DNA of 64,000 bases from Macrostomum hystrix (taxonomy: Eukaryota > Animalia > Platyhelminthes), in contig CATNEN010000030.1 in the NCBI GenBank assembly GCA_950097015.1, positions 744,001 to 808,000 of the forward strand, in the 5' to 3' direction. Below, piece after piece: positions 49,001 through 61,100 of the stretch. The notes under the pieces were generated by a model that was not told where the DNA came from, searched no databases, and saw nothing but the letters and a program-made list of their open reading frames with translations. The stretch's first letter is position 1, and each line of letters begins with the position of its first letter. The position numbers and the translations under genes are program-made.

Positions 49001-49286
49001 CCAAAACAGCACCATAGTTTTATAGTTAAACATTTTCAAATCTAATTTTACAAGAAAATGTTTTGCACTTACATTTGCTTTGCTTCTAGTTTTTATTACA
49101 CAGTTGCCAAATGCAACTGAAGACATTTTTTAAGGCTATTGGCTTGTTACCTAAGTGTGTGATAATTTATTTCAGTATTAATTTCTCTGAATGTGAAAAA
49201 AACTTTTTACTAGCAAAAAATTCTTCCCTCAAAAATTGAGCTCATGGTCCACTGTTGCTGTCAACCCTCACCAATCATTAATACAG

Positions 49287-49811
49287 GCCTCCTTAAAGGA
49301 GATTCATTATCGTCGCTATCGCCTAACACAGCAGTTTGAGAGTGCTCACGTGTGCTCAGATCCGGTGTTTAGCAGCTTCGCTAAATGCCAACGCTACGGC
49401 ATTCTGTCGGCCTGGAAGCGCTACCTGCCAGATAGCGCCGATTTGTCCAAGCCTTACGACTATGCCAATTATGAGAAAGAACTGTGGGTATTCTGGCACG
49501 GTGGTCACGATCCGCCTCAACTACGCGACTGTCTGGCCACAGATCTGGCGCCATACGATCCCGGATCTGGGTCGGATAGCAATGGTATTAGCTACGAGGT
49601 TCGCACTATGCTATTTAAAGCAGTGCACAATTGCATCGAGCGTTGCCTAACTAGCAAGGGTTACGTTCGGCTCGGCCAATGGTTTGTGCGGCCACTGGTG
49701 CCTGGACTCTGTCTTGATCCGGCAATTACGCAACAATTTAGCTTATCGCTAAATTATTTCCTACACGGAGAGTCAGTTTGCGCCGCAGTTGATGCTAAAC
49801 TATATCCGCCC
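49287..49811 (+). CDS. MED13: Mediator subunit 13, N-terminal domain exon
   Basis: DPVFSSFAKC...AWKR, KELWVFW, LFKAVHNCIERCL, GYVRLGQWFVRP match MED13-N; CAG acceptor, GTGAGT donor at 49812; the preceding exon was not located. Confidence 0.92.
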
Positions 49812-49884
49812 GTGAGTTTCTCATGTGTTAGCCGCCGACAGAAGGTCTAAGTATATAGTAGTAGATTGACCCTCAACTTGATAA

Positions 49885-50635
49885 ATGGGGTACTAGATAT
49901 CCTGATGACTGGGGTGGTAGATATCCTGATGACTGAGGTGGTAGATAACCTGATGACTGGGGTTTGTAGATAACCTGATGACTGGGGTAGTAGATATCCT
50001 GATGACTGCGATAGTAGATATCCTGACGACTGGGGTAGTAGATATCCTGTGACTGGGGTAGTAGATATCCTGTGACTGGGGTAGTAGATATCCTGATGCC
50101 TGGGGTTTGTAGATAACCTGATGACTGGGGTAGTAGATATCCTGATGACTGCGATAGTAGATATCCTGACGACTGGGGTAGTAGATATCCTGATGCCTGG
50201 GGTTTGTAGATAACCTGATGACTGGGGTAGTAGATATCCTGATGACTGCGATAGTAGATATCCTGACGACTGGGGTAGTAGATATCCTGATGCCTGGGGT
50301 TTGTAGATAACCTGATGACTGGGGTAGTAGATATCCTGATGACTGGGGTAGTAGATATCCTGATGACTGGGGTAGTAGATATCCTGATGACTGCGATAGT
50401 AGATATCCTGATGACTGGGGTGGTAGATATCCTGATGACTGGGGTGGTAGATATCCTGATGACTGGGGTAGTAGATAACCTGATCACTGGGGTAGTAGAT
50501 ATCCTGATGACTGGGGTAGTAGATATCCTGATGACTGGGGTGGTAGATATCCTGATGACTGGGGTAGTAGATAACCTGATCACTGGGGTAGTAGATATCA
50601 TGATGACTGGGGTGGTAGATATCCTGATAGATCCT
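49885..50635. repeat. 24-bp intronic minisatellite (GTAGATATCCTGATGACTGGGGTA)
   Basis: Tandem units. Confidence 0.95.
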
Positions 50636-50738
50636 GATAGCAGTAGATCTACAACCCTTTGATTACTGGGGAATTATATACTTTAAAAAAATGAGACTAA
50701 TAACCTGACCTGTTCTCATCTCCCATCCGAAAACGCAG

Positions 50739-52056
50739 GTGCACAGCCTAACCCGGCAGCAGTTCCAAGCCCGCACGCCAGTGATCCTATCTCCGCACGG
50801 CATTGCCGGCGAATTAACTGGCCGCGAATGGGATTCGCAAAATCAATTTGACGATTCTCTCGCCTGGCGAGAGTTTTTTCCTCACGTGCGCACCGATCGG
50901 GGCTTTGTGGAGGTGGCCATTGGCCAGCAGCGAGTCTGGTACCCAGCGGACTTGCTGTTTGTTACGCAGGCGCCGCTGCCGCCAGAGCCGCTGTCCCTGG
51001 CAGAGCTCAACCAGGCCGCGGAAGTGTCCGCTGAGGCCTGCCTACAGCACCTGCTGAGCGGCTGTCCGGGTAGTGCCGAGTCTCTTAATAACGGATCTCC
51101 TCAGCAGCAGCAGCGCTGCTTGTGCCGCAGGCGGACGAAGCCGCGAGCCGCTCCGGTCAGCGCTTATCACAATCGCTTCTTCCAGGCCACCGAGCGTACT
51201 GTCGATCGAGAGCCTGCCATGCCGACACTGAGCCCCCAGGAGCCGCTCAGTGTTGAAGGAGAAGCCGGCGATGCGGCCGCTGCCGCCTGCTCTGGCCCGC
51301 AGCCGCCAAAATGCCTACTGCCAAAGAGTGAGCCAATATCGCCGCCTGCCGCCGCGTCGGTTGAGACCAACAAATCGGCAGGTGACGGTATTAGCCTGAT
51401 TGATGAAGAGCCGCAGCAGCAGCAGCAGCTGTCTGCGTCCTCCGCTTCAGCTGTTCTAGCCGACCAATCTTCTAGTCGCCCGGCTTCCGTTAAGACGCCG
51501 CAGTCGCAGCAGCCGAGCGAATCGCAGCCGGCTTCGGCCTCCCTGTCAGTAGCCGGTGCCTCCGCCGCCGTTCCTACACCGCCACCGCCGCCTCCACCGC
51601 CTCCTCCGCCAATATCTTCTGGCATTCAACAGCAGCAGCAGTTGTCGCAGCCGCCGCCTCCGTTGCCGGCTAACTCTATGCCAGGTGGACCAACCGTAGC
51701 TGTAGCCGACTCGGTGCTGGAACCTAGCCTTGGCTGGCTCTCCGTAGTTCAACAATCGTTGCGCAAGCGACCCCTACCCCAGCTAGAGCCATGGGAAGCC
51801 GATTTAAACGATGCGCACACTGATTCATTGCGCGAACTGCCCGAGTGGACTTCTTTAGCCGCGTACGCTAAACACGCCCGACTGCTGCTGCCTTCCTCCT
51901 CGGCTATCGTATCAGCCGGTATGGCCTCCGTTTCCCTGCCAGTCGTAGGCACATTAATAATTGACGATTCAATGTCTTCACCATCTGGCACTGTTGGAAC
52001 AACCGGCCTGAGAACATCGCCTAGCAAGGCTACTTTGTCTGCCGATTCTAAGCCTA
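50739..52056 (+). CDS. MED13: MED13 exon (VILSPHGIAG..., P/Q-rich disordered region)
   Basis: CAG acceptor at 50737-8 phase 0; A|GTGAGT donor at 52057 phase 1. Confidence 0.88.
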
Positions 52057-52117
52057 GTGAGTTTTTGAAGACATACTGGATAGGCTTTTCATCATTGTAT
52101 TTGTTTTACAGCCAATC

Positions 52118-52445
52118 TGTAGTCTAGTAGCCAGTATATTGGTCTAGTCTAATAGCCAGTCTATGGTCTAGTAGCCAGTATATTGGTCTAGTCTAATAGC
52201 CAGTCTATGGTCTAGTAGCCAGTATATTGGTCTAGTCTAATAGCCAGTCTATGGTCTAGTAGCCAGTATATTGGTCTAGTCTAATAGCCAGTCTATGGTC
52301 TAGTAGCCAGTATATTGGTCTAGTCTAATAGCCAGTCTATGGTCTAGTAGCCAGTATATTGGTCTAATCTAATCACCAGTCTATGGTCTAGTAGCCAGTA
52401 TATTGGTCTAGTCTAATAGCCAGTCTATTGTCTAGTAGCTAGTAT
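52118..52445. repeat. 44-bp (20+24) intronic minisatellite
   Basis: TCTAGTAGCCAGTATATTGG-TCTAGTCTAATAGCCAGTCTATGG repeated. Confidence 0.92.
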
Positions 52446-52481
52446 ATAATATACGTCTCACCCACAATCTGCCATTTGCAG

Positions 52482-52567
52482 ACGCAGTTTCTCTAAAGAG
52501 TGAAGAAATTCTTAAAGTGCACGATTTGCAAACGCAAGACATTTTCGAAGCCGAGTCGCCACAGCCG
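52482..52567 (+). CDS. MED13: MED13 86-nt exon (NAVSLKSEEILKVHDLQTQDIFEAESPQP), absent from the ORF track
   Basis: TTTGCAG acceptor, GTAAGT donor; reconciles the phase 1 upstream donor with the phase 0 downstream acceptor. Confidence 0.8.
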
Positions 52568-52659
52568 GTAAGTTATTGGCATTCGCACTGGATCATTGCT
52601 TAAAAAAAGAAAGTTAACAATTAATCATTAGTAAGACTTTCTTTACGGCACAAATGCAG

Positions 52660-53475
52660 CCCGAATCGTCTAACGCCATTGGCGATCCTCACGGCTGCCA
52701 CGGCCCCGTCACCGGCATTGCCTGTGTTGCTCTCGGCGGCACATCCATGGCCTCATGCTCCGGCTCCGGCTCGCTGCCGGCCACAGATCTGTGCCGCATC
52801 TATCCCACTCCGCCTTCGCTTGAGAATCACATTCATCCGTCACCGGCTCAGGACACTGATCAGGCTGCTTTGCTTAGCCCGGCTGCTGCTCAGCATCAGC
52901 TTCATCAGTGCGGCGCCAACTCCGGTGCCCACGCAGAGAATGGCTTTTCCGGCCCGGATCTTGCCAGCGACGACGATTGGAGCTTTCTAACCTCCCAGCG
53001 GCATCAGGGCGGTAACCTGGGCCAGCTGTTCACTGCCCAGAATCCGCCAATGCCTCATCTATCGATAGTTTATGTTCCCGAGCAGCGTCAGCCGCATAAA
53101 CCGCACCGGTCAGCGGCTATGTCGCAACATCCGGCTGCCGCTGCTGCTGCCGCTGCTGCCGCGGCCGCTGGTCACAGCATCGGCGGCCCGGCTTCTTACA
53201 ACATCGGCCAACAGATCGGACCATCCAATGTGGTCGCTTCTATTCAACAGCTGCCAGGCGGCACTCCGGCCACGCCCGGCTCTTTCGCCTCGGTGACAAC
53301 GCCGGCCAGCGTCCGGACGCCCGGACAGCCTGGAACGCCGTGCGGCTCCATCGGCGGAGAACAATTGGACCAGTCTGGACAGCAGTTGTCCATCTCTCAG
53401 TCGTTGCCCTCTGTGCAGGCGCTGCAATTAAATATGTTGCTTTCTGATTCGCTGCTGTGTTTGTGCAGAGATCAG
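52660..53475 (+). CDS. MED13: MED13 exon (YPTPPSLENH, LNMLLSDSLL)
   Basis: Conserved MED13 motifs; CAG acceptor, GTAAT donor at 53476. Confidence 0.9.
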
Positions 53476-53510
53476 GTAATTTTTTAGTTTTTTTTATAAC
53501 CCCACTAAAG

Positions 53511-53771
53511 ATCCATGGGAGAATCCCATTCATGGGAGAATCCCATCCATGGGAGAATCCCATCCATGGGAGAATCCCATCCATGGGAGAATCCCATCCA
53601 TGGGAGAATCCCATCCATGGGAGAATCCCATCCATGGGAGAATCCCATCCATGGGAGAATCCCATCCATGGGAGAATCCCATCCATGGGAGAATCCCATC
53701 CATGGGAGAATCCCATCCATGGGAGAATCCCATCCATGGGAGAATCCCATCCATGGGAGAATCCCATCCAT
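53511..53771. repeat. 17-bp intronic minisatellite (ATCCATGGGAGAATCCC), nearly perfect
   Basis: Tandem units. Confidence 0.95.
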
Positions 53772-53889
53772 GCTGACTTACGCATTAAAGACACCCCTGT
53801 ATTGATTTCTTCTACGCCAGAAGAATTCCTATTTTTATTCGGCAAGCCTAGAGCCCAGCTCCTACCCCTTGAAATCCTATTCAATTAAG

Positions 53890-54405
53890 AACTTTGAGGC
53901 CTGCAACATCTGTGTGTGCCACGGCGACTTGACTGGGTCTGAAGCCGGTCTCTACATGCCTGGCTTGCTTGGCGATCAGCAGCAACAGCTTCAGCAGCAG
54001 CAGCAACAGCAGCAGCAGCAAGATAGAAGAAATTCTCCATGCCAGTGCGGCTTTTCTGCTAGTGCGAACCGAGCATTAGGCCTGGGCTCCAACATTTTCT
54101 ACGAGGATCTTTGTGACCTGTTGGGCTACCGTCGCCGACTTGACTATCGGCCTTGGCCGTCGAACTATTCTCCTGCCGTTATTGACTGCTTGTTGAGCTT
54201 TGTCTCCCTCACCGTGCCGTTGAGACCAATCCGATCTGCTCAACCGGGTGTCGGGCAACAGCAGCAGCAGCCACAGTCGCCTTCATCAGCATCAGCGCCA
54301 ATAACATCAAAAGATGCAGCGAGTGTCGAGGTTAGCAGCGGCCTGCATCCGGGATTACTGGCCCAGTTTGAGGATTGCAACGAGGCCGCACGGCTTGTAT
54401 TACAG
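53890..54405 (+). CDS. MED13: MED13 exon (NFEACNICVC, CQCGFSA)
   Basis: Conserved Cys motifs; AAG acceptor at 53888-9, GTGAGC donor at 54406. Confidence 0.9.
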
Positions 54406-54592
54406 GTGAGCTAAAACGCACTTTAAAAGTGCCAATTGGAATATGCTTTCCTGATTGTGAGATTCTGAATCCACTAATCTCATTGCGAGATTCGGAATAT
54501 ACTTATCTCATGTTGAGATTGTAAAGGCTATTCACTGTTACACTTTGTTCATAATTTACTGATCGAATTACCTGTATTCCTATCTAACACAG

Positions 54593-55333
54593 GCATGCGC
54601 GCCTGTACATCATCAGCATCAGCAGCAGCAGTCGCCGCAATTAGCTGAGCAGTCGCCACTGCTGCATCGGTGGTGCCTAACCAGCCAGCTGCCCACAGCC
54701 GGCTCCGACCTTGTCCGCCTATTGAAGAGCCTCCGGCCCTGGTTTCAGGACTCTTTATGGGGCCGGGCTCTCCAGGGCAACTATTGGGTCACCGGGCCGA
54801 TGACCTGGCAGGAGTTTCATCAGATTGCCGGCCGCGGCGCCGAGGAGAGCTGCGAGCCGCAGCCGCTGCCTCTAATCTCGGTCTATACTGAGCGCGACGA
54901 AGGCATGCTAATAGCTCCAACTGCTGTTCGCGACTGGGAACGACTCGGCCTTGAGCCCTACAGTCGGCCAAAGAAGGTGCAATTCGTTGTATTGGCACCA
55001 GCCCAGCCTAGTCGGGCCCTAAAGAAAGCTGTCAGGCGAACTATGAGCGAACTGACTGTCACATTTGCCGATTGTCGCCTAGGCGAGCATAGTCCGGCTA
55101 TTTTAACGGCCGACGGCGATTTCTTTCTAGATCCGGACAGGTTAGACTCTATAGAATTGCCTCCCAACTGCGTTGTCTACATGCTGGTCCGCGGACAGGC
55201 CGAGGCTTGCCAGCTGCGCGACATTGTAGCCAAGCTCAGTGGAGGCGCTGTGCCTGTGCCCCTGTCCTCCAGGCTGCTGCTGGCTCCGGCTAAAGGCGAT
55301 CTGCGTGCCCTGGCTCTCAGAGTTTACACCCAG
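54593..55333 (+). CDS. MED13: MED13 exon (GPMTWQEFH, WERLGLEPYSRPKKVQFVVLAP)
   Basis: CAG acceptor at 54591-2, GTGAGA donor at 55334, phase 0-0. Confidence 0.9.
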
Positions 55334-55439
55334 GTGAGAATCTGTTATGGTGTCTGGGGTGGACATTTTTTGGAAGACTAATGGGGGATGTATTGAAAAA
55401 ATGGATTGATCCGACATGGGAATCGATTGTGTAATGCTG

Positions 55440-56470
55440 CTCAGTTTGATAATCCATATAAGCTTAGTTTGATAATCCGTATGGATCTCTGTTTGATAAT
55501 CCATATGAGCTTAGTTTGATAATCCGTATGGATCTCTGTTTGATAATCCATATGAGCTCAGTTTGATAATCCATATAGAGCTCAGTTTGATAATCCGTAT
55601 GAGCTTAGTTTGATAATCCGTATGGATCTCTGTTTGATAATCCATATGAGCTCAGTTTGATAATCCATATGAGCTTAGTTTGATAATCCATATGGGCTTA
55701 GTTTGATAATCCGTATGGATCTCTGTTTGATAATCCATATGAGCTCAATTTGATAATCCATATGAGCTTAGTTTGATAATCCGTATGGATCTCTGTTTGA
55801 TAATCCATATGAGCTCAGTTTGATAATCCATATGGATCTCTGTTTGATAATCCATATGAGCTTAGTTGATAATCCGTATGGATCTCTGTTTGATAATCCA
55901 TATGAGCTCAGTTTGATAATCCATATGGATCTCTGTTTGATAATCCATATGAGCTTAGTTTGATAATCCGTATGGATCTCTGTTTGATAATCCATATGAG
56001 CTCAGTTTGATAATCCATATGGATCTCTGTTTGATAATCCATATGAGCTTAGTTTGATAATCCGTATGTATCTCTGTTTGATAATCCATATGAGCTCAGT
56101 TTGATAATCCATATGGATCTCTGTTTGATAATCCATATAGAGCTCAGTTTGATAATCCGTGTGGAGCTCAGTTTGATAATCCGTGTGGAGCTCAGTTTGA
56201 TAATCCATATGAGCTTAGTTTGATAATCCGTATGGATCTCTGTTTGATAATCCATATGAGCTCAGTTTGATAATCCATATGAGCTTAGTTTGATAATCCG
56301 TATGGATCTCTGTTTGATAATCCATATGAGCTTAGTTTGATAATCCGTGTGGAGCTCAGTTTGATAATCCATATGAGCTTAGTTTGATAATCCATATGAG
56401 CTTAGTTTGATAATCCATATGAGCTTAGTTTGATAATCCGTGTGGGGCTCAGTTTGATAATCCGTATGAG
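55440..56470. repeat. 23-24 bp intronic minisatellite (GTTTGATAATCCATATGAGCTCA)
   Basis: Tandem units with alternating variants. Confidence 0.95.
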
Positions 56471-56571
56471 GATTAATCGGGTAGTCTTAAAGTAATTAGA
56501 ACTTAGGAAGAAAATGACTCGAACAATCCAATTTTAAATTGTGTTTTTGCCTTTTAAAATCCTGCTCACAG

Positions 56572-57738
56572 GTACCTAAACGCGTCGCTTATCCCACTGA
56601 GGGTCGATCCCTATGCGGCTTCGGTCCGCTAAAAGATCGCGAGAGCTGCCAGCGCAACCTGGGCATGACCGGTCCGGTGACGCTGTACGCGCCGCCCTAC
56701 GTGCTGCACACAGGCGCCGAGGAGCCTGTACTATTGTGCGCCTACTGCCTATCGGAGGACCGGCGCTGGCTGCTGGCCACCCTCACAGACGAACGAGGCG
56801 AGCTCAATTATCGCCGATTAATTAATCTGCGCGTACCAGACTGTCATAGGCGCAGAAAAGGCTTCAACAAGGCAGCTGGGACCAGGAGCGCCTGCTGGAG
56901 TGGATCTGCGACCTGCCAGAGACCAGAGCTCAACGCTGGCGCCTGGTGCTGAGCAGGCTCGGCCGCCTGGGCCACGGAGAGCTGCTAGTGTGGGCAGATC
57001 TACTCAAACGGGTCAACCTGCAGCAGCGTGGCGCCCGCTCCGCTGCTTTGTGCGCCGTGGATGCCGATCCCCATCTGCGCGTTCTGCCCGACCAGCTTAG
57101 TAGGGAGGGCCCGCCGAGGCACACGCTTGGCGCCGGCGCCGATCGGCGAGTCAGCGCCGCCATTACTCACATCCTGGTGCTGCCAACTTCGGCCAGCTTT
57201 AGCCAGGTATCGCCGGCCGATCTAATTGGAGAGCCTAACGACATCATGCAGGACTTTATTCTGGATGTTCCCACCGATTTAGGCGGAGATCCCAATAGCG
57301 AACTATTCTGTTTGGACTTTGATGACTTTCCGCTCATTGAAATGGACCGAGTGGTTGGGCCGCAGGGCGGAGACGGCTCTGGGCAGCTCATGCAGCAGCC
57401 CCTGGCTCTAGGCTATTATCTATCTAGCGCTCCGCCTGGCCCTGTGCCGTCCTGGTTTCGCGTTGCTCCGCCCGAGCAGGCCGCCGTCTGCCTGCGGGCC
57501 AGTCTGCATCTCAACGAATTGACAGCCTGCGATAGAAGCGCAACTCATCCGCTTGAATACCTACAAGACTACGGATGTACTTCGCTACGTTCTGGAGACC
57601 TGTCACAGCCTCAGCTGGCTTGGCGTGGACCCGGCCACTGGCGACCGGATGTCCTGCCTGCCGAGGCACATCACCCAGCTATTCCTGCTGTATCACTCTG
57701 TGCACGCAGTTAGCGCCAGTTGTCAGTCAGCGTCTTGA
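56572..57738 (+). CDS. MED13: MED13 last exon (C-terminal domain) with apparent frameshifts near 56855-56885 and 57558
   Basis: TLYAPPYVL, AYCLSEDRRWLLA, WRLVLSRLGRLGHGEL, LALGYYLSSAP and TTDVLRYVLE...LSWL...DRMSCLP are spread over three ORF-track fragments. Confidence 0.88.
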
Positions 57739-57885
57739 TTCACTTGTGACCGCGTTTTGTTCTATCCTGTCTCTTGAGATGATTCCCTGCATTGCTGACA
57801 GTTTCTGTGCTTTTTTGCTTATCAAAAAGTGTGTATTTTAGTGTAACTATTATTGATTGTCTATTTGTACTGCTAAATCTGTATT

Positions 57886-57891
57886 AATAAA
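57886..57891 (+). promoter_or_regulatory. Probable MED13 polyadenylation signal AATAAA
   Basis: About 150 nt after the stop, in an AT-rich 3' UTR. Confidence 0.55.
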
Positions 57892-58104
57892 TATGTCGCT
57901 AATTAAATGTTCATCTAACTTCTCCCTGTTGACCAAATCCTTTAGTACTTTTGCTACAGTTACCTGCGCGTTTGTAATTTTTTTTCTAAACAATTAGTTA
58001 TTTAGTGAAAAAATTCTACTTGTTTTTTTAGCGTTTGCTCTGATTAAATGTCAACTATAAACTGCTCAATGCGTAATAATTTCTCCTTGTGACCTAGAAA
58101 GTAA

Positions 58105-61100
58105 GATTTCGTGGTCTCTCCTGAACTTACGGGTGAGATTTCGGAGTATCTCTCCTAAACTTACGGGTGAGATTTCGGAGTCTCTCCTAAACCTACGGGT
58201 GAGATTTCGGAGTCTCTCCTAAACTTACCAGATGAGATTTCGGAGTCTCCTAAACTTACCAGATGAGATTTCGGAGTCTCTCCTAAACTTACCAGATGAG
58301 ATTTCGGAGTCTCTCCTAAAATTAAGAGGTGAGATTTCGGAGTCTCTCCTAAACTTACGGGTGAGATTTCGGTGTCTCTCCTAAACTTACCAGATGAGAT
58401 TTCGGAGTCTCTCCTAAAATTAAGAGGTGAGATTTCGGAGTCTCTCCTAAACTTACGGGTGAGATTTCGGAGTCTCTCCTAAACTTACGGGTGAGATTTC
58501 GGAGTCTCTTCTAAACTTACGGGTGAGATTTCGGAGTCTCTCCTAAACTTACCAGATGAGATTTCGGAGTCTCCTAAACTTACCAGATGAGATTTCGGAG
58601 TCTCTCCTAAAATTAAGAGGTGAGATTTCGGAGTCTCTCCTAAACTTACGGGTGAGATTTCGGAGTATCTGTCCTAAACTTACGGGTGAGATTTCGGAGT
58701 CTCTCCTAAACCTACGGGTGAGATTTCGGAGTCTCTCCTAAACTTACCAGATGAGATTTCGGAGTCTCCTAAACTTACCAGATGAGATTTCGGAGTCTCT
58801 CCTAAACTTACCAGATGAGATTTCGGAGTCTCTCCTAAACTTACCAGATGAGATTTCGGAGTCTCTCCTAAAATTAAGAGGTGAGATTTCGGAGTCTCTC
58901 CTAAACTTACGGGTGAGATTTCGGAGTCTCTCCTAAACTTACCAGATGAGATTTCGGAGTCTCCTAAACTTACCAGATGAGATTTCGGAGTCTCTCCTAA
59001 ACTTACCAGATGAGATTTCGGAGTCTCTCCTAAAATTAAGAGGTGAGATTTCGGAGTCTCTCCTAAACTTACGGGTGAGATTTCGGAGTCTCTCCTAAAC
59101 TTACGGGTGAGATTTCGGAGTCTCTTCTAAACTTACGGGTGAGATTTCGATGTCTCTCCTAAACTTACCAGATGAGATTTCGGAGTCTCTCCTAAAATTA
59201 AGAGGTGAGATTTCGGAGTCTCTCCTAAACTTACGGGTGAGATTTCGGAGTCTCTCCTAAACTTACGGGTGAGATTTCGGAGTCTCTTCTAAACTTACGG
59301 GTGAGATTTCGGAGTCTCTCCTAAACTTACCAGATGAGATTTCGGAGTCTCCTAAACTTACCAGATGAGATTTCGGAGTCTCTCCTAAAATTAAGAGGTG
59401 ACATTTCGGAGTCTCTCCTAAACTTACGGGTGAGATTTCGGAGTATCTGTCCTAAACTTACGGGTGAGATTTCGGAGTCTCTCCTAAACCTACGGGTGAG
59501 ATTTCGGAGTCTCTCCTAAACTTACCAGATGAGATTTCGGAGTCTCCTAAACTTACCAGATGAGATTTCGGAGTCTCTCCTAAACTTACCAGATGAGATT
59601 TCGGAGTCTCTCCTAAACTTACCAGATGAGATTTCGGAGTCTCTCCTAAAATTAAGAGGTGAGATTTCGGAGTCTCTCCTAAACTTACGGGTGAGATTTC
59701 GGAGTCTCTCCTAAACTTACGGGTGAGATTTCGGAGTCTCTTCTAAACTTACGGGTGAGATTTCGGAGTCTCTCCTAAACTTACCAGATGAGATTTCGGA
59801 GTCTCCTAAACTTACCAGATGAGATTTCGGAGTCTCTCCTAAAATTAAGAGGTGAGATTTCGGAGTCTCTCCTAAACATACCAGATGAGATTTCGGAGTC
59901 TCTCCTAAACTTACCAGATGAGATTTCGGAGTCTCCTAAACTTACCAGATGAGATTTCGGAGTCTCTCCTAAAATTAAGAGGTGAGATTTCGGAGTCTCC
60001 TAAACTTACGGGTGAGATTTCGGAGTCTCTCCTAAACCTACGGGTGAGATTTCGGAGTCTCTCCTAAACTTACCAGATGAGATTTCGGAGTCTCCTAAAC
60101 TTACCAGATGAGATTTCGGAGTCTCTCCTAAACTTACCAGATGAGATTTCGGAGTCTCTCCTAAAATTAAGAGGTGAGATTTCGGAGTCTCTCCTAAACT
60201 TACGGGTGAGATTTCGGAGTCTCTCCTAAACTTACGGGTGAGATTTCGGAGTCTCTTCTAAACTTACGGGTGAGATTTCGGAGTCTCTCCTAAACTTACC
60301 AGATGAGATTTCGGAGTCTCTCCTAAAATTAAGAGGTGAGATTTCGGAGTCTCTCCTAAACTTACGGGTGAGATTTCGGAGTCTCTCCTAAACTTACGGG
60401 TGAGATTTCGGAGTCTCTTCTAAACTTACGGGTGAGATTTCGGAGTCTCTCCTAAACTTACCAGATGAGATTTCGGAGTCTCCTAAACTTACCAGATGAG
60501 ATTTCGGAGTCTCTCCTAAAATTAAGAGGTGAGATTTCGGAGTCTCTCCTAAACTTACGGGTGAGATTTCGGAGTATCTGTCCTAAACTTACGGGTGAGA
60601 TTTCGGAGTCTCTCCTAAACCTACGGGTGAGATTTCGGAGTCTCTCCTAAACTTACCAGATGAGATTTCGGAGTCTCCTAAACTTACCAGATGAGATTTC
60701 GGAGTCTCTCCTAAACTTACCAGATGAGATTTCGGAGTCTCTCCTAAACTTACCAGATGAGATTTCGGAGTCTCTCCTAAAATTAAGAGGTGAGATTTCG
60801 GAGTCTCTCCTAAACTTACGGGTGAGATTTCGGAGTCTCTCCTAAACTTACGGGTGAGATTTCGGAGTCTCTCCTAAACTTACGGGTGAGATTTCGGAGT
60901 CTCTCCTAAACTTACCAGATGAGATTTCGGAGTCTCCTAAACTTACCAGATGAGATTTCGGAGTCTCTCCTAAACTTACCAGATGAGATTTCGGAGTCTC
61001 TCCTAAACTTACCAGATGAGATTTCGGAGTCTCTCCTAAAATTAAGAGGTGAGATTTCGGAGTCTCTCCTAAACTTACGGGTGAGATTTCGGAGTCTCTC

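Noticed and set aside
46200-49286. MED13 first coding exon
   Set aside because: Candidates near 47880 and 48900 lacked a convincing LEDCxxN-like motif plus donor site, so none is reported.
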